From Utricularia gibba (taxonomy: Eukaryota; Plantae; Magnoliophyta), in NCBI GenBank assembly GCA_002189035.1, contig CM007989.1, forward strand, positions 3,472,001-3,536,000: a stretch of DNA of 64,000 bases, read 5' to 3'. The first letter of the stretch is position 1. Each line of letters begins with the position of its first letter. Below the pieces are notes generated by a model. It was not told the DNA's origin. It saw nothing but the letters and a program-made list of their open reading frames with translations, and searched no databases. The position numbers and the translations under genes are program-made. Of the stretch, positions 1 to 11,568 are shown piece after piece.

Positions 1-336
1 CATTGAGTCCATTTTCGCCCCAACTCCATCCTTCCCACGAACCTCATGAATCTCATGGATCCTTCCCGTGTAAAACAACACCCGCTCTGTCAACGTCGTC
101 TTCCCGGAATCAATATGTGCCGATATCCCAATGTTTCGGACTCTGTGTAAGGAATCCTTCCACACTGCCTCCTTCTCCTCCCTAATCCGTGCCGCCGCAG
201 CACTTCCTGCTGAGAAATGGCGGAGATTCACCTTCCCAGCTATCAGGGCCGCCACCGGCGTGGGTTGTGGGGTTGCTCCAACACAAAGAGAGTAGAGAAC
301 TCGCGCACAATGCGATCGGGCGGTTCGAGCCGCCAT
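1..336 (-). CDS. GFM1: Mitochondrial translation elongation factor G, N-terminal part (continues beyond window start)
   Basis: My translation from ATG at 336: [10 protein letters not shown]...[46 protein letters not shown]. This is the EF-G G1 box plus the mitochondrial-type [11 protein letters not shown] segment, preceded by a basic transit-like peptide. Confidence 0.95.
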   Translation of the reverse strand, partial: MAARTARSHCARVLYSLCVGATPQPTPVAALIAGKVNLRHFSAGSAAAARIREEKEAVWKDSLHRVRNIGISAHIDSGKTTLTERVLFYTGRIHEIHEVRGKDGVGAKMDSM

Positions 337-750
337 CTTGATATGTATGCTCACTCAATCACTACCTAGCACCCCAACACTGTAATGTCGAGGAAGAATA
401 TGGAATCAATAAATTGTTCGGCAAAAATTCAACCTTTTCAACAAAACCCGACGCCCTTGTCGTCTGCAAGGGTTTTGTTCAAGAGTTAAAGACTAGGGAT
501 TTCTCTCCACTTCCATAAACCCTGAACCAGGACTAGGAAAAGGTCCCTTTTTTAATAATAACAAATCGCAGATTTTTATTGTATATAAAACTGAAGTGCT
601 ATAGATTGAGCTTTGCAGACAAACTGCACAAAAGAATGTGCGCCAACAATACCTGAACACACAGTGCACAAACATCTTGTTAGTTTCAGTACAAGTAATG
701 GTAGCAAACAGCAAATGAGTAGTGGCTGGTGTGAATGAAGTGATCAATCT

Positions 751-2210
751 CTAAGACCATTTTGATGGGCTTGGAAGAGGCTCAATCTCATCAAACATAT
801 CCATAGGAGGGAAGTCATCTATGAAGCTGTCTATCGACACCAGGTCGAAGCTCTCGATCTTCACTTCATTGGCTCGAGTGTTCATGTTGATGTCGTAAAG
901 AGGCTGTCCGAAGGGGATGTGAACACCAGAAGTCGGTTCAACCAAATGATTAAAAACATCCATGAAACATGGATCTCCAAGTCTGGTTGTGGCATCTTGG
1001 CTTCCTAGGAAATCCTGTTGCACATGGAAGGACGAAGGGAATGGGAGACCAGCTTGCGACTCTGAGAACATCTTCTTTTCGTCGAAGAAGTCAAAGTGGA
1101 ATGCGGTGTTTCCGCAGAAGCAGCTGATTGGTCGGACGAGCCCTGGTAAGGGAGCATCTTCAAGTGTTCCTGATTCTGATGAGTTCAAACTCATGGCCTG
1201 CAAAAACACATGCTTAGCACTCCTCCCGGTTAATCGGATCCATTTCAACAAAAGAGGAAAAACCAAGAGAATAAAAACGGTAGCATAGAACTTCATTTGA
1301 ACCGCATCATTTTTAGCTTCTCTGGCATACATACAGATCTAGGATAGAAGAATCCTTTTGCAAAAATAGGAAACGGGCTCTTTTCACCTGTGCGCAAGGA
1401 GCAACGGGAAAAGCAGGGGCTTTTACTTCATGGATGCTACTCGAAGCCTTGTTTGGTCGCATCAGTGATGCCCCCTGCAATCGTGAGAGCCTCTTCTGCC
1501 TGCTACTCCAAAAGTTCTTGACATCATTGTCAGTTCTTCCAGTCAAGTAAGTTGCAATCTTCGCCCATTTGTTCCCAAATTGTGCTTGCAAATCAAGCAC
1601 AATTCTCTCTTCACTGGGTGAGAACTTCACCCCACTGTAGCAACATCAATCAAGAAGAATCCGTCAAACATCTGCATTACCTTATATTGTGATCAACACC
1701 ATATACACTTAACATAACAGGAACAGGATTACTCAGGCATTTCGTCATACACATGACCAACAGAACAAACACCTAAACAAAAAGCATCTGAGCTTTGTCG
1801 TAGATGAATCTCAAGCAGGTCAACGCACTTGATAAAGAACACAAAAATCACATTTCTTCTCCAACAGCAAAAACCATAACGAACTACATCAAGAAAACAA
1901 CGGGCAGAGAGTGCACAATCAGGGTAAAAAGAAGCATCAACATCAAAAAATTAACCAAAACAAACCAGGTAAAAAGAACAATTTTCACTTCATACTTCTT
2001 CAGATTGGGGCGGAGTTTGTTCACCCATCGGAGACGACAAGATTTCCCCGTCCTGTTCAACAGGCCTTTGGATCGAATGGAGCTCCAGTCCCTCGGTCCA
2101 TTCTTCTTGACATGATTGATCAAAATTTGATCCTCTTCAGGTTTCCATGGACCTTTCTTCACCTCCTCCATTTCACCATACTTCACCATCTTCCTCTTTC
2201 CTCGTTCCAT
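751..2210 (-). CDS. DUO1: R2R3-MYB male germline transcription factor DUO1/MYB125; 3 exons (about 2210-1996, 1634-1388, 1197-751)
   Basis: Spliced protein contains KKGPWKPEEDQILINHVKKNGPRDWSSIRSKGLLNRTGKSCRLRWVNKLRPNLKNGVKFS...NDVKNFWSSRQKRL and an acidic C-terminus DSFIDDFPPMDMFD, both DUO1 signatures. Introns are GT-AG. The ORF-track start at 2216 is GTG; the first ATG is at 2210. Confidence 0.93.
2067..2087 (-). promoter_or_regulatory. miR159 target site in DUO1 exon 1
   Basis: + strand TTTGGATCGAATGGAGCTCCA vs miR159 UUUGGAUUGAAGGGAGCUCUA: 1 mismatch and 2 G:U pairs against the mRNA. Confidence 0.85.
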
Positions 2211-2376
2211 TACCACTCGTTCACCAACCTCACTCTAAAAACCAAAATATACAGAAAAGTGGAACTCAAGAGTAGCTTCATGCATCCGAGAATTTAGCGA
2301 TCGTGCTAGATAGTCTCTGCATGTTCTCGCAGCATATTAACCATTTTTACTCCCTTTTTGTATCATGAAGGTGACG

Positions 2377-2412
2377 ACGGTTAACAAGACGGTTATCTTT
2401 CCCCCACTTATC
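2377..2412 (-). promoter_or_regulatory. ROD1-like cis-module upstream of DUO1 (GTGG plus two YAACYGY motifs)
   Basis: Minus strand reads GATAAGTGGGGGAAAGATAACCGTCTTGTTAACCGT. TAACCGT lies at 2389-2395 and 2377-2383, about 170-190 bp upstream of the ATG. Confidence 0.6.
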
Positions 2413-4283
2413 CAATTTTCTCTCGTGGAGTGCAATTACGTAAGTACCCTCCTCTTTCCCGGAACAGGCCCAATGGGCTTTCCCGGACCCATCCCCAGCC
2501 CGTTGATAATGAATGCTACTTGATATAACTGTATTTAATAACATAATACACTACCCACTATATATATATATATTTTTTTCTTTCTAATTAATAAAACTAT
2601 TTAAACACATGGCAATTTGCATATAACAAAATAATACTTTTCTCATTTAATCTAAATAATAGAGGACAAGGGAGCAACTGAACTGGTGGGGATGTTGGAG
2701 ACTCAATAAAAATCTTAAAGCACTTGCCTCACCACATCTCATTATTTACTTGATATGTTATCCACATTCAGCGTTTATGGTTTTGAGTTTAGGTTTTTGG
2801 AATAATGTATTGATCATTTCTATCACCCCATATGAGATGGAATGAAAGGGGGTTCATCTCTCACAAATAATAAGAATAATAAAAAAAAAGGACAATTGTA
2901 AAGAAAAAAAAAAGGCAAATGGGAGTTCAGAGGGACAGAAATGGAGACACAGAAAGAGACAGGATGGTGGATGGAGTTGCTGCAATTATTACCTCCCAAT
3001 GAATGAGAGGTGGGGCCCCCCAAATGTTGTAATGATTTGCTAGGGAATTAAATGACCTATACTGCTCTCATCAGGCCATGCCATATCCCTATCATTTCTC
3101 AATCACCACTCTCTCCCTTTGGTCAATTTAAAAAATAAACAAAGTTCTTGAAAATGTGTCTTTACAATTTTTATCAAATCAATCCCTATTTTGAGCTTTT
3201 AAAAATTATAGTTGAAATTTTTTAACTCACATAATATTTATAATAAATATTGCATTAATTTCAAGAAAATCATGAAACTAATTCACAATTTTTATTATAT
3301 TTATTTGATTACTACTAAGTCTAAAATTATTTACAAAAGCGATCATTGTATTTTTTTTTACATACTATATCTAAAATTTTACATATGCAATAACTACTTA
3401 TGTCACACACTTAAAATAAGGTGATCGTTTTTATAATACACCCATTAAATCCACCCACCCTTCTCATCGTTAGTTCTACACATTTATTTTCTCCCTGAAC
3501 TTGTATTTCTGAAAAATTATTAAAAAAATATTTTTTTATCAAATATCAATAACTTTTACTTAATAAAACATAAATATAGTATAAATTATTATCTTAGGAA
3601 GTGTTACAACCTTTGTGGAAGTTATTTTTGAAAAATGGGACCGAATAAAGATTTAATTTGGTTGCAAAACACGTGGTTTATTGGTTTATTAATATTAAAA
3701 ATTGATAGACTGTGGACCAAATATGGACTCCCATGACTAGGGTGGCAGAGTGAATGGGGTTGGTATCTTGAATTTAAATGCACAGTGAGACCATCCACAT
3801 TGAACGCACCTCAAATTGTATTTAATAAGTGTCACATTTATTTTATATTATGCTCTTTTATTTTATTGTACTTGGTTTTGGCCTCTACATCCACCCCATA
3901 TCATTTAACCATCATCCTTACCCACACAGGCATGTATGTATGTCAACACTACACTGCACTGCAATTATTATTATTTTTTTTATGGACTGGGTTGGGAAAC
4001 TGGGGTGGTTGGGTAAATATGTCGAAATAGGGGGAGGATTTGAGATTTACACAAGTCGATAAAGCAATTTGAAAAAGGTTGACCCAAGCATTTATCTAAT
4101 GATTGCGAGAGGATTGGATTTGTGGGTGTGAAGGGAGACAGGCAATAAAAATTGTGGGCACTATGGTTTCTTCCCTCTTTCTCATTGGTTTATTTTGAAA
4201 ATTTAATAATAATAATCATATTTTTCAAAAAATAAAAATAAAAGAGAATGTCCGGGGCCCACTTCTGGGTTCACTTTCATTCC

Positions 4284-4621
4284 CACGTGATCATCACCCC
4301 CATCCACTTCCCCACCTGTCCCTCTCCCCTTCATCATTGTAGACAACTGAGTTTTCAAATCCTCCTTATTAAATAAATTATTCTGTTTTATCACGTCAGA
4401 TAACCATTTTTCTCCAGTAAATAAATTATTTTTTTATTGAAATAGTTTTTAATTTAATTCGAAAATTACAGAAACCCAATTTTTAATTTTTTAATAATTC
4501 GCACGGATTAAAAAAAACGTAAATTTTAGTAAAAGGCAACAGGCGGGCGGGCAGGCAGCCAGCCAATGATGATGATGATTGCCTCCACGTGAAGGTGAAC
4601 CCGGCGCTGGTCATCCACGTG
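4284..4621 (+). promoter_or_regulatory. G-box cluster (3x CCACGTGA) upstream of the HD-Zip II gene
   Basis: CACGTG at 4284-4289, 4586-4591 and 4616-4621, all with the same CCACGTGA context. Confidence 0.5.
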
Positions 4622-5173
4622 ATCTGACCCCTCTTTGTAGCTACTGCTTGTCCATGGACTTTAATTCCGGCATCCCACCACGGAGCGAAACTCACCCGAA
4701 GCAGCAACCCTAAAAAGAACATTGGTTGCAGGTTTAATGGGAGGTGGGGAGGAGTCAAGTCAAAAGGAATTTACTCACAAGAGGCCATGGGAGGTGATAA
4801 ATGTATGGTTAGAGTTAGAGGAGGAGATCATAAATGCGGGGGGGGAAAGGTTAGGAAGCCCCATCATTTATGTTTGGCTTTGGCTGCACAGACGCATCAT
4901 TGGACATCTGCATTGTGTCTATCTATCTCTGTATCCGCCTAGGTGCCTGCCTGCCTCTGCCTCTGCCTCTGCCTCCCCTCTCCCTCTATACAATACAAGA
5001 CCTTCCTTCCCTCCCTCCGGAATCCCATTAAACCACCATCATCCTTGTATTGGCTCTGCGCTTCCCTCTAAAAAGCTGCTCTGGGGAAAAAGAGCATCCC
5101 CATTTCTTCCCATCTTGTCTCCGATTCTAATCTTTGGTTTTTCCCCTGTTTCGAGCTTGCGGGTTGAGGTAGA

Positions 5174-6383
5174 ATGGCGGAGGAGGTTGGATTAGGGCTT
5201 AGTTTGAGTTTGGGGTTCCCGGAGAAGGCGCCGCCGCCGCCTGCGGCTGGCCCCTTTCCCTTGAATCTGTTCAGATCTCCGTTGCAGATGGGGCAGCAGG
5301 GGAAGTCTGGGAGAGGGGAGCAGTTTCGTACCAGTGGTGCGGGTAAAATCGTGTTTATTGGGTGAGAAAGTTTGGTTCTTTTGCAGATGGGGTTCTTAGA
5401 TTTTTATTGATTTGCAGATGGGAGTTTGGAGAATCGATCGGTGTTTCGAGGGATCGACATGAATAGGGCTGCGACGTCAGTGATCGATTGCGATGAGGAC
5501 GCGATGGCTTCGTCTCCGAACAGTACGGTTTCCAGTCTTAGCGGGAAGAGGAGCGAGAGGGAGGAGAACGACGGCGAGAGGGCTTGTAGTTCCCTTGAGA
5601 TTGACGACGACGGCGGCGACCCCTCAGCCAAGAAGAAGCTCCGGTTGTCCAAGGAGCAAGCGGCGGTCCTCGAAGAGACGTTCAAGGAGCACAATACGCT
5701 CAATCCTGTAACGTCCCTCTCGCAGAGTCACCTGTCAGGGCTGTCTTCCTCATTTCACCTAATAACCGTTGTCTTCTTCTGGTCGTTGCAGAAGCAAAAG
5801 AAGGAGTTGGCGATTCAGTTGAAGCTTCAGCCCAGACAAGTCGAGGTTTGGTTTCAGAACCGAAGGGCAAGGTTAGTAATTTTTCGCTTTCCGAAGGGCA
5901 TTCTCGTCTTTCTCGCATTCAAAAAGAACTCGTCGGAGTCAAACCTTTTGTTAGCTTTACAGCAGCAAAACGCTGTGAATCTACTGATGAGTTTGTTTAT
6001 CTTTATCCAAGTTTGACACGTTCAGCAATGCACTCGATGAATGCAGGACGAAACTGAAGCAGACGGAAGTGGACTGCGAGTATCTCCGGCGTTGTTGCGA
6101 TAACCTGACTGAGGAAAACCGCCGGCTGCAGAAGGAGTTGACGGAGCTACGGGCCTTGAAGCTTTCACCGCAATTCTACATGAACATGAGCCCTCCGACG
6201 ACTCTCATCATGTGCCCACAATGCGAGCGCGTCAACGTCTCATCGACCACGGCATCTTCCGCCGTTGGTGCTGTTACGCCCCCCCGGCAGGCGGCGCACC
6301 ATCAGCGGACATTGCCAGTCAACTCATGGGCGGCAGCCATTTTTGCATCACAGCCTCCCGATGCAAACCGCCCCAGAACATAG
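5174..6383 (+). CDS. Class II HD-Zip transcription factor, gamma clade (HAT1/HAT2/HAT3/ATHB2/ATHB4-like); 4 exons
   Basis: N-terminal LGLSLSL EAR motif, [24 protein letters not shown], homeodomain [26 protein letters not shown]...[25 protein letters not shown], leucine zipper, then CPQCE (CPSCE motif). Confidence 0.95.
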
Positions 6384-6831
6384 TCGATCACCTTCCTTGA
6401 ATGATCAGCCTTTTTCATTCCTTGGAGTTGTGGAAATTAGTTGGTTGCTTTATTTGTTTTGGGTTTCCAACTTGAGATTCATTAGCTCATAAGCTTGTTG
6501 TTTGATCATCCAAGTGAGGTTATGTTTTGAAAAATGCTTGTGTATTGAGGATTAGGGCAACCATTCCCATAGCCATGTGAATCATTCCCCAATCTCAAAT
6601 ATTTCATTATCTGACATAACTACACATGCAGAAGGAAATCATCAACAGCTTACAGTGTTCTTCTATCAAACACACATACAGTGCTCTTCAGCATGCATGA
6701 ACACAGTGCATGGCTTGTCATCATTACCATGTGCAGGAAAAAATGAGACTTGACTGCTCACATGGAAGTGATGAGCAATTTGTATTTCGCTACTAGGATG
6801 ACCACTTTATGAGAATAATGGAATAAGACGT

Positions 6832-7951
6832 TTATACCGTATTGGCCTTGTCCGCCAGCGACCGGAGTATGCATCCTAGGCCGGCGCGCTGTGTCAACTT
6901 CTCGTGAATTCGCAGACATTGATCGCAGGTGGGTCTGTCTCCTGTTGATAAGCCCCTGTACAAGTACCTGTTCAACGAATTCAAATGTTTCCTTCATGGA
7001 TCCAGACATCAAGGAACTAATAATACTGAGGAAATATACACAAAACAAGCCTCTAAAAGATGGCAGTGGAGTTCTGCCACGAACACATAAGTACAAGAAC
7101 AAGGACTATCTCGTATATTTAGTTGTGTTCAGATTCTGGATCTGAATTAAGATCACAAGTTAACCGACATATGAAACCATATTTCAAATATAAATTACAA
7201 AACAAGCACTTTTGGAACTCCATAGATGGAGTTAAATTCAGCAACGAAGAGAGGGCTTCGCATCACACCAAAGGATCAAGTCAAGAGACATAAAAAATCT
7301 TGTGAGGTTAAGCATCGAATTATCAACCATAATTCGCTAATTCAAGAGAAATAATGAGGTGCCGAAGATATCAGCGTGATCTGAAGATAGTGGAAAACCC
7401 ATGAAAAAAACTCTAGTGCAGGCAAAGTGGTCATAACAATGAAATCCCTTTTCAAAGGGATCAAAAGGAAACTTAAGCATACAATTTCATACCCAAAGAA
7501 ACACCAACAATGAATGGACTTACTTCATTAGAACATCATAGTACTCCGGATCAAGAGAAGACAGCAAGCTATCCACATCCTTAATCGCCATTATCGCCCT
7601 ATGCACCACAATCCAGTTTGCCGACTAGGAAACAAAATAGACATCAAATAAATCAGCAACCCAATAAAACCCTGATTGAAAAGGAGAAAACTTTACCCAC
7701 GATCATTACCTTACAACGCTCGTCCTTGGTAAGAGGAGGAGATCCTTCAAGAGATGTCTTCAGGGCTTCCACTGGCTTGTACCTGAACCGATTCAAGAAT
7801 CAAATTAGAACTCTCAAGTGAAAGAGACCGATTGCGACGTGGGTTCAGGATCACCATACTGCTTGAGCAAGCTCTCGATTTTGCGGGACTTGTGCTCGAT
7901 TCTACTGAAAATAGCCTCTGCATTTTCGGCTTCTTCGAATTCTGCAGCCAT
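6832..7951 (-). CDS. ARPC5: Actin-related protein 2/3 complex subunit 5; 4 exons (not in ORF track)
   Basis: Manual splice: MAAEFEEAENAEAIFSRIEHKSRKIESLLKQ / YKPVEALKTSLEGSPPLTKDERCK / SANWIVVHRAIMAIKDVDSLLSSLDPEYYDVLMK / YLYRGLSTGDRPTCDQCLRIHEKLTQRAGLGCILRSLADKANTV*. Confidence 0.95.
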
Positions 7952-8428
7952 TGAACAATTACAATTTCACAATTGATCCCGGAAAATACACACAAACGCT
8001 TTACCCCTTTTTCCCCAATTTTGTAAAATATAATATATTTTTTCTAATTTCTGACTTTATTAATATTATTACAATTTACAAACGTACAATGGAAAAAGTG
8101 TCTAATTTTAGGGGAAAATGTTATTACAAAACTCTGAAATATTTTGCTAAAATTAGTCAATTCGATTTCAATCGAGACGCGAAACACGATAAATCCTGAT
8201 TCTGCGATAGATTGTGCATAAAAGTTGGGTAAGGATTCTGGAGTGGGTTTCCGTCGTGGGGTGTTGAAGGTGAGATTGTGTGTATATGAATTGGGAATTT
8301 GCTTTCCTTTTGGGATTGTTTCTGGGTAGGGTTCCGCTGGCGGGTTTCTATTGTTCTTGTTGCTGGATCATTCGTGGGCAAAATTCGATCTTAACATATC
8401 CCTAAAAAACTGGTCGGGTTCTATTGAA

Positions 8429-10283
8429 ATGCGTATCGAAGAGCTGAAAGAAGGGGACGCTGAATCAAATGGGCAGCAAAAGCACAGCGGTTTCTCTGGA
8501 GGTGCTACTGTTGTCTTTGATGCGAAAGTGATGCTGGTTGGAGTTGGTGCTCGCGCTCTTTTTTATCCCACTTTGCTCTATAACGTTGTCAGATACGTAA
8601 TGGAGCCTGAGTTTCATTGGTGGGATAGGGTTGATGAGGTAATTTTGGGTAATTTCATTGTAGTGATCTCAATTCCTTCCAAGCTGTTTTTTGAATGATG
8701 AAGCACCAGGAGTGTCTCCTCCAATTCTTTTGGTTGATCCTGTACCAACCCAAGATTGTCACTTGGTCTTTTTTTTTTTCGAATTTCGTTTAAAAATTGT
8801 TTTTTTATATCAAACGACTCAAATTTGTTGTGGCACTTTTGCTCAGAACATGGTATGTTGCCATTGCTGCCATGCTTTTGGTGAAGTATGTGTCATCAGG
8901 CTGACAAACGTGTTACTGTATACATTGTCATGCATCTTTATCTACTTGTGCTGGGTGCTGTTGATTAACTTGAGGCTTTTCGTAGCACCTTTTGCTCGGG
9001 GCTGTTCCATTTCCCAATGATGTTCCTCGCCTGAAGGCTCTTGGGGTATGTGGAGTTGTTACCTTGAATGAACCGTACGAGACCCTAGTTCCAACATCTT
9101 TGTATCATGTAAGATTTAGTTTATGCAACTACCCGTTCCAAATGATGTTTTTCTTGTTGAACTGGGTCATTTCTTGGTAATCTCATCTGATTTTATCCCC
9201 CTGTGTTTTCTGGATTTTGGTATCAATGAGGGGCAAGGATGTCCATTGAAAATGGGATTTTTTATTGCTATCATCCAGTCAACTTTATTGATGTGCCTGC
9301 ATTAACCATAAGCTGATCAACTTTTGCTTATACTGTAGCATCACGGCATTGATCACCTCGTTATTCCCACAAGAGATTATCTCTTCGCTCCAGTGCTGCA
9401 GGCTATTCACCAAGCTGTTGAATTTATTCATAGTAAGTAACGTGAACATGCTCATAATGTGCAATTGGCTTGCACCCTTGATCTCTCTCTCTCTTAACTC
9501 AGATGGCATTCAATAAACCAATTCTTCTCTATATTACCGTCTTCTATTGTGCTTGTCAGGGAATTCACTTTCAGGTGGAACTACTTATGTGCATTGTAAG
9601 GCTGGCCGTGGACGTAGCACTACTGTTGTGCTTTGTTATCTGGTAAGTTTCACTGAATAACAGAAAAATTTCTTACTGATCTGGTAACGTTTTTTCCCAT
9701 GAATGTCTTGCTTGAGATTATTGGTCCATCTCTAAATCTATTATTCTCAGATTAAGCACAAGCAAATGACCCCAGAGAATGCGTATGAATACGTGAGGTC
9801 CATCAGACCAAGGGTCCTGCTAGCTCCCACCCAATGGAAGGTACAATTAAGATTTTTGGACACCAGGAATTTTTTGCATAATCAAATGTTGGACACTGGG
9901 AAGACTTAAGCTTCTTCTTCTTTTTCACAATTCAATAGGCTGTTCAAGATTATTACACTAGGTTGAATAGTGCCAAGTCTGCTAGTACGATCGATAGCAG
10001 TTCGTCTAGTAAAGCTCTAACTTTTCCAGAAAAGGCTATCTCAGATGACCTGGATTACAGTTCTTTGGTTTTGGTTACGGAGTCTGACCTTGTGGGTTAC
10101 GAAGAAGAGATCCGTGGTTCAATTGCGAGATTCGTTGAAGCAAACCTTGCTTGCAGGGTCCATTTCGCTCGTCAGGCAGTTATGTCCAAACTGTCTTTCC
10201 TATGGCCTTTGCAGAAATCACCAAGTCAACCAGCCCCCATCCATGTTACCATCAACATGGGTGTTGACATCCATGTTTGCTGA
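8429..10283 (+). CDS. Dual-specificity phosphatase, PTPMT1-like (phosphatidylglycerophosphate phosphatase/DSP8 type); multi-exon
   Basis: GARALFYPTLLYNVVR...WWDRVDE, LGAVPFP...GVVTLNEPYETLVP, GIDHLVIPTRDYLFAP, catalytic HCKAGRGRS (CX5R) and YEYVRSIRPRVLLA, joined by GT-AG introns. Confidence 0.92.
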
Positions 10284-10694
10284 ACTGACCAACACTCGTC
10301 GGAGATGATGTTTCCGTTCGTTGGAGACATGCAATCGAGAAGTTTGCAAGTGGAGATGATGTTTTTCTCTTCCGCACACACATACTTGCCACAGAAGTGA
10401 TGATTATACATCCTGGGTTTCCATTCCATATGGTCGTCGTAAAGTTATAGAGTCTATACTAAAATTTATTGCACGATGTCATGCTTGTAAATACATCGAT
10501 TTGCTATGTATATCATTTACAAACATTCTCCATCTCTATTCTGGTTGGTACAGGCGATTCGTAACGTTTGGATCGTCTCTCTGAAAAATTTCCCCGAATT
10601 AAGATATACAGTTGCATCAATTTAGCGATGATTGTTCAGACCTCATGGGGGTTTGGATCATCTCTCCGATACATTGCTCCGACCTGACTGATAT

Positions 10695-11242
10695 TAGAGA
10701 TGAAAGTTGGGCCGGGTCGGGCCGGTCCAACCCTATTTCAACGAGCCTCGTCGACTTTCGGGTTAGGGTCGGCCTAAAGCCCGATTATATAAAAGTATGA
10801 TTCATATGGCTCTAGCCCGATTATTCATTGAGCCGGGCTGGCCCTACCCGGCCCACGCGCCTATCATATTATAAATAAAAAATTATAAATATTAATATAC
10901 ATTTTAATATTATTTAAATAATTTATAGACAAGAATTAAAATTATTATATAAATTATTAATTCATAGTATATATCCTAAAAATAAATTAGTGTATATAAA
11001 ATAACTTTAAATTATTTAAAATTAAATATAATTATAATTATTATACATAAAAACCATATTTTTAAATTGGCTCTAGGCCCGTCCGGTTTTAAGTCTCGAA
11101 GCCCAATCGATCCTAAGGGCTTAGGGCTTTGGGCCAGAAAACCCGATATGTTTTCGGGTCATCAATATTTAGGTTCAAACCCGATGTTTTTTAGGGTCGG
11201 GCCGGGCCGACCCACGGGCTTGGGCTTCAACTTTCATCCCTA
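10695..11242. mobile_element. Non-autonomous Ac/Ds-type (hAT) element or MITE, 548 bp
   Basis: 15-bp terminal inverted repeats TAGAGATGAAAGTTG / TAGGGATGAAAGTTG (1 mismatch); the first 11 nt match the maize Ac/Ds TIR TAGGGATGAAA. Subterminal GGGCCGG/GGGTCGG repeats surround an AT-rich core. No intact 8-bp TSD. Confidence 0.7.
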
Positions 11243-11568
11243 ATCTTAACACTTGTTTTACCTGGGCCTTATCTGTTTGAGTTGCGGTGGTGTTGGCCCT
11301 GATTATTAATCTAGCCCATAAAAATCAGTTATCCATTTAGATCCTGGTGTTCCACAAATCCCTAGCGACGTCGACTCTGCATCTGCCACCGTGAAGGCCG
11401 CCGCCGTGGCTCAGAGAGGATTTTCGCATGAGTGTTTCTCCAAGTATTGATTGGAAGTGATTTTTTTCTCGTGTTTATTGATCAATTGGATTCTTTTATT
11501 TATATTTGCGTTCCACAGTATCATAGTGGCCCTAAACGACTCTTTACCCTCCTCCAATCTGAGCAAAC

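Noticed and set aside
4722-5195. 157-aa ORF overlapping the HD-Zip II promoter and 5' UTR
   Set aside because: It runs through (GCCTCT)n and CT-rich promoter sequence with no recognisable domain; likely spurious.
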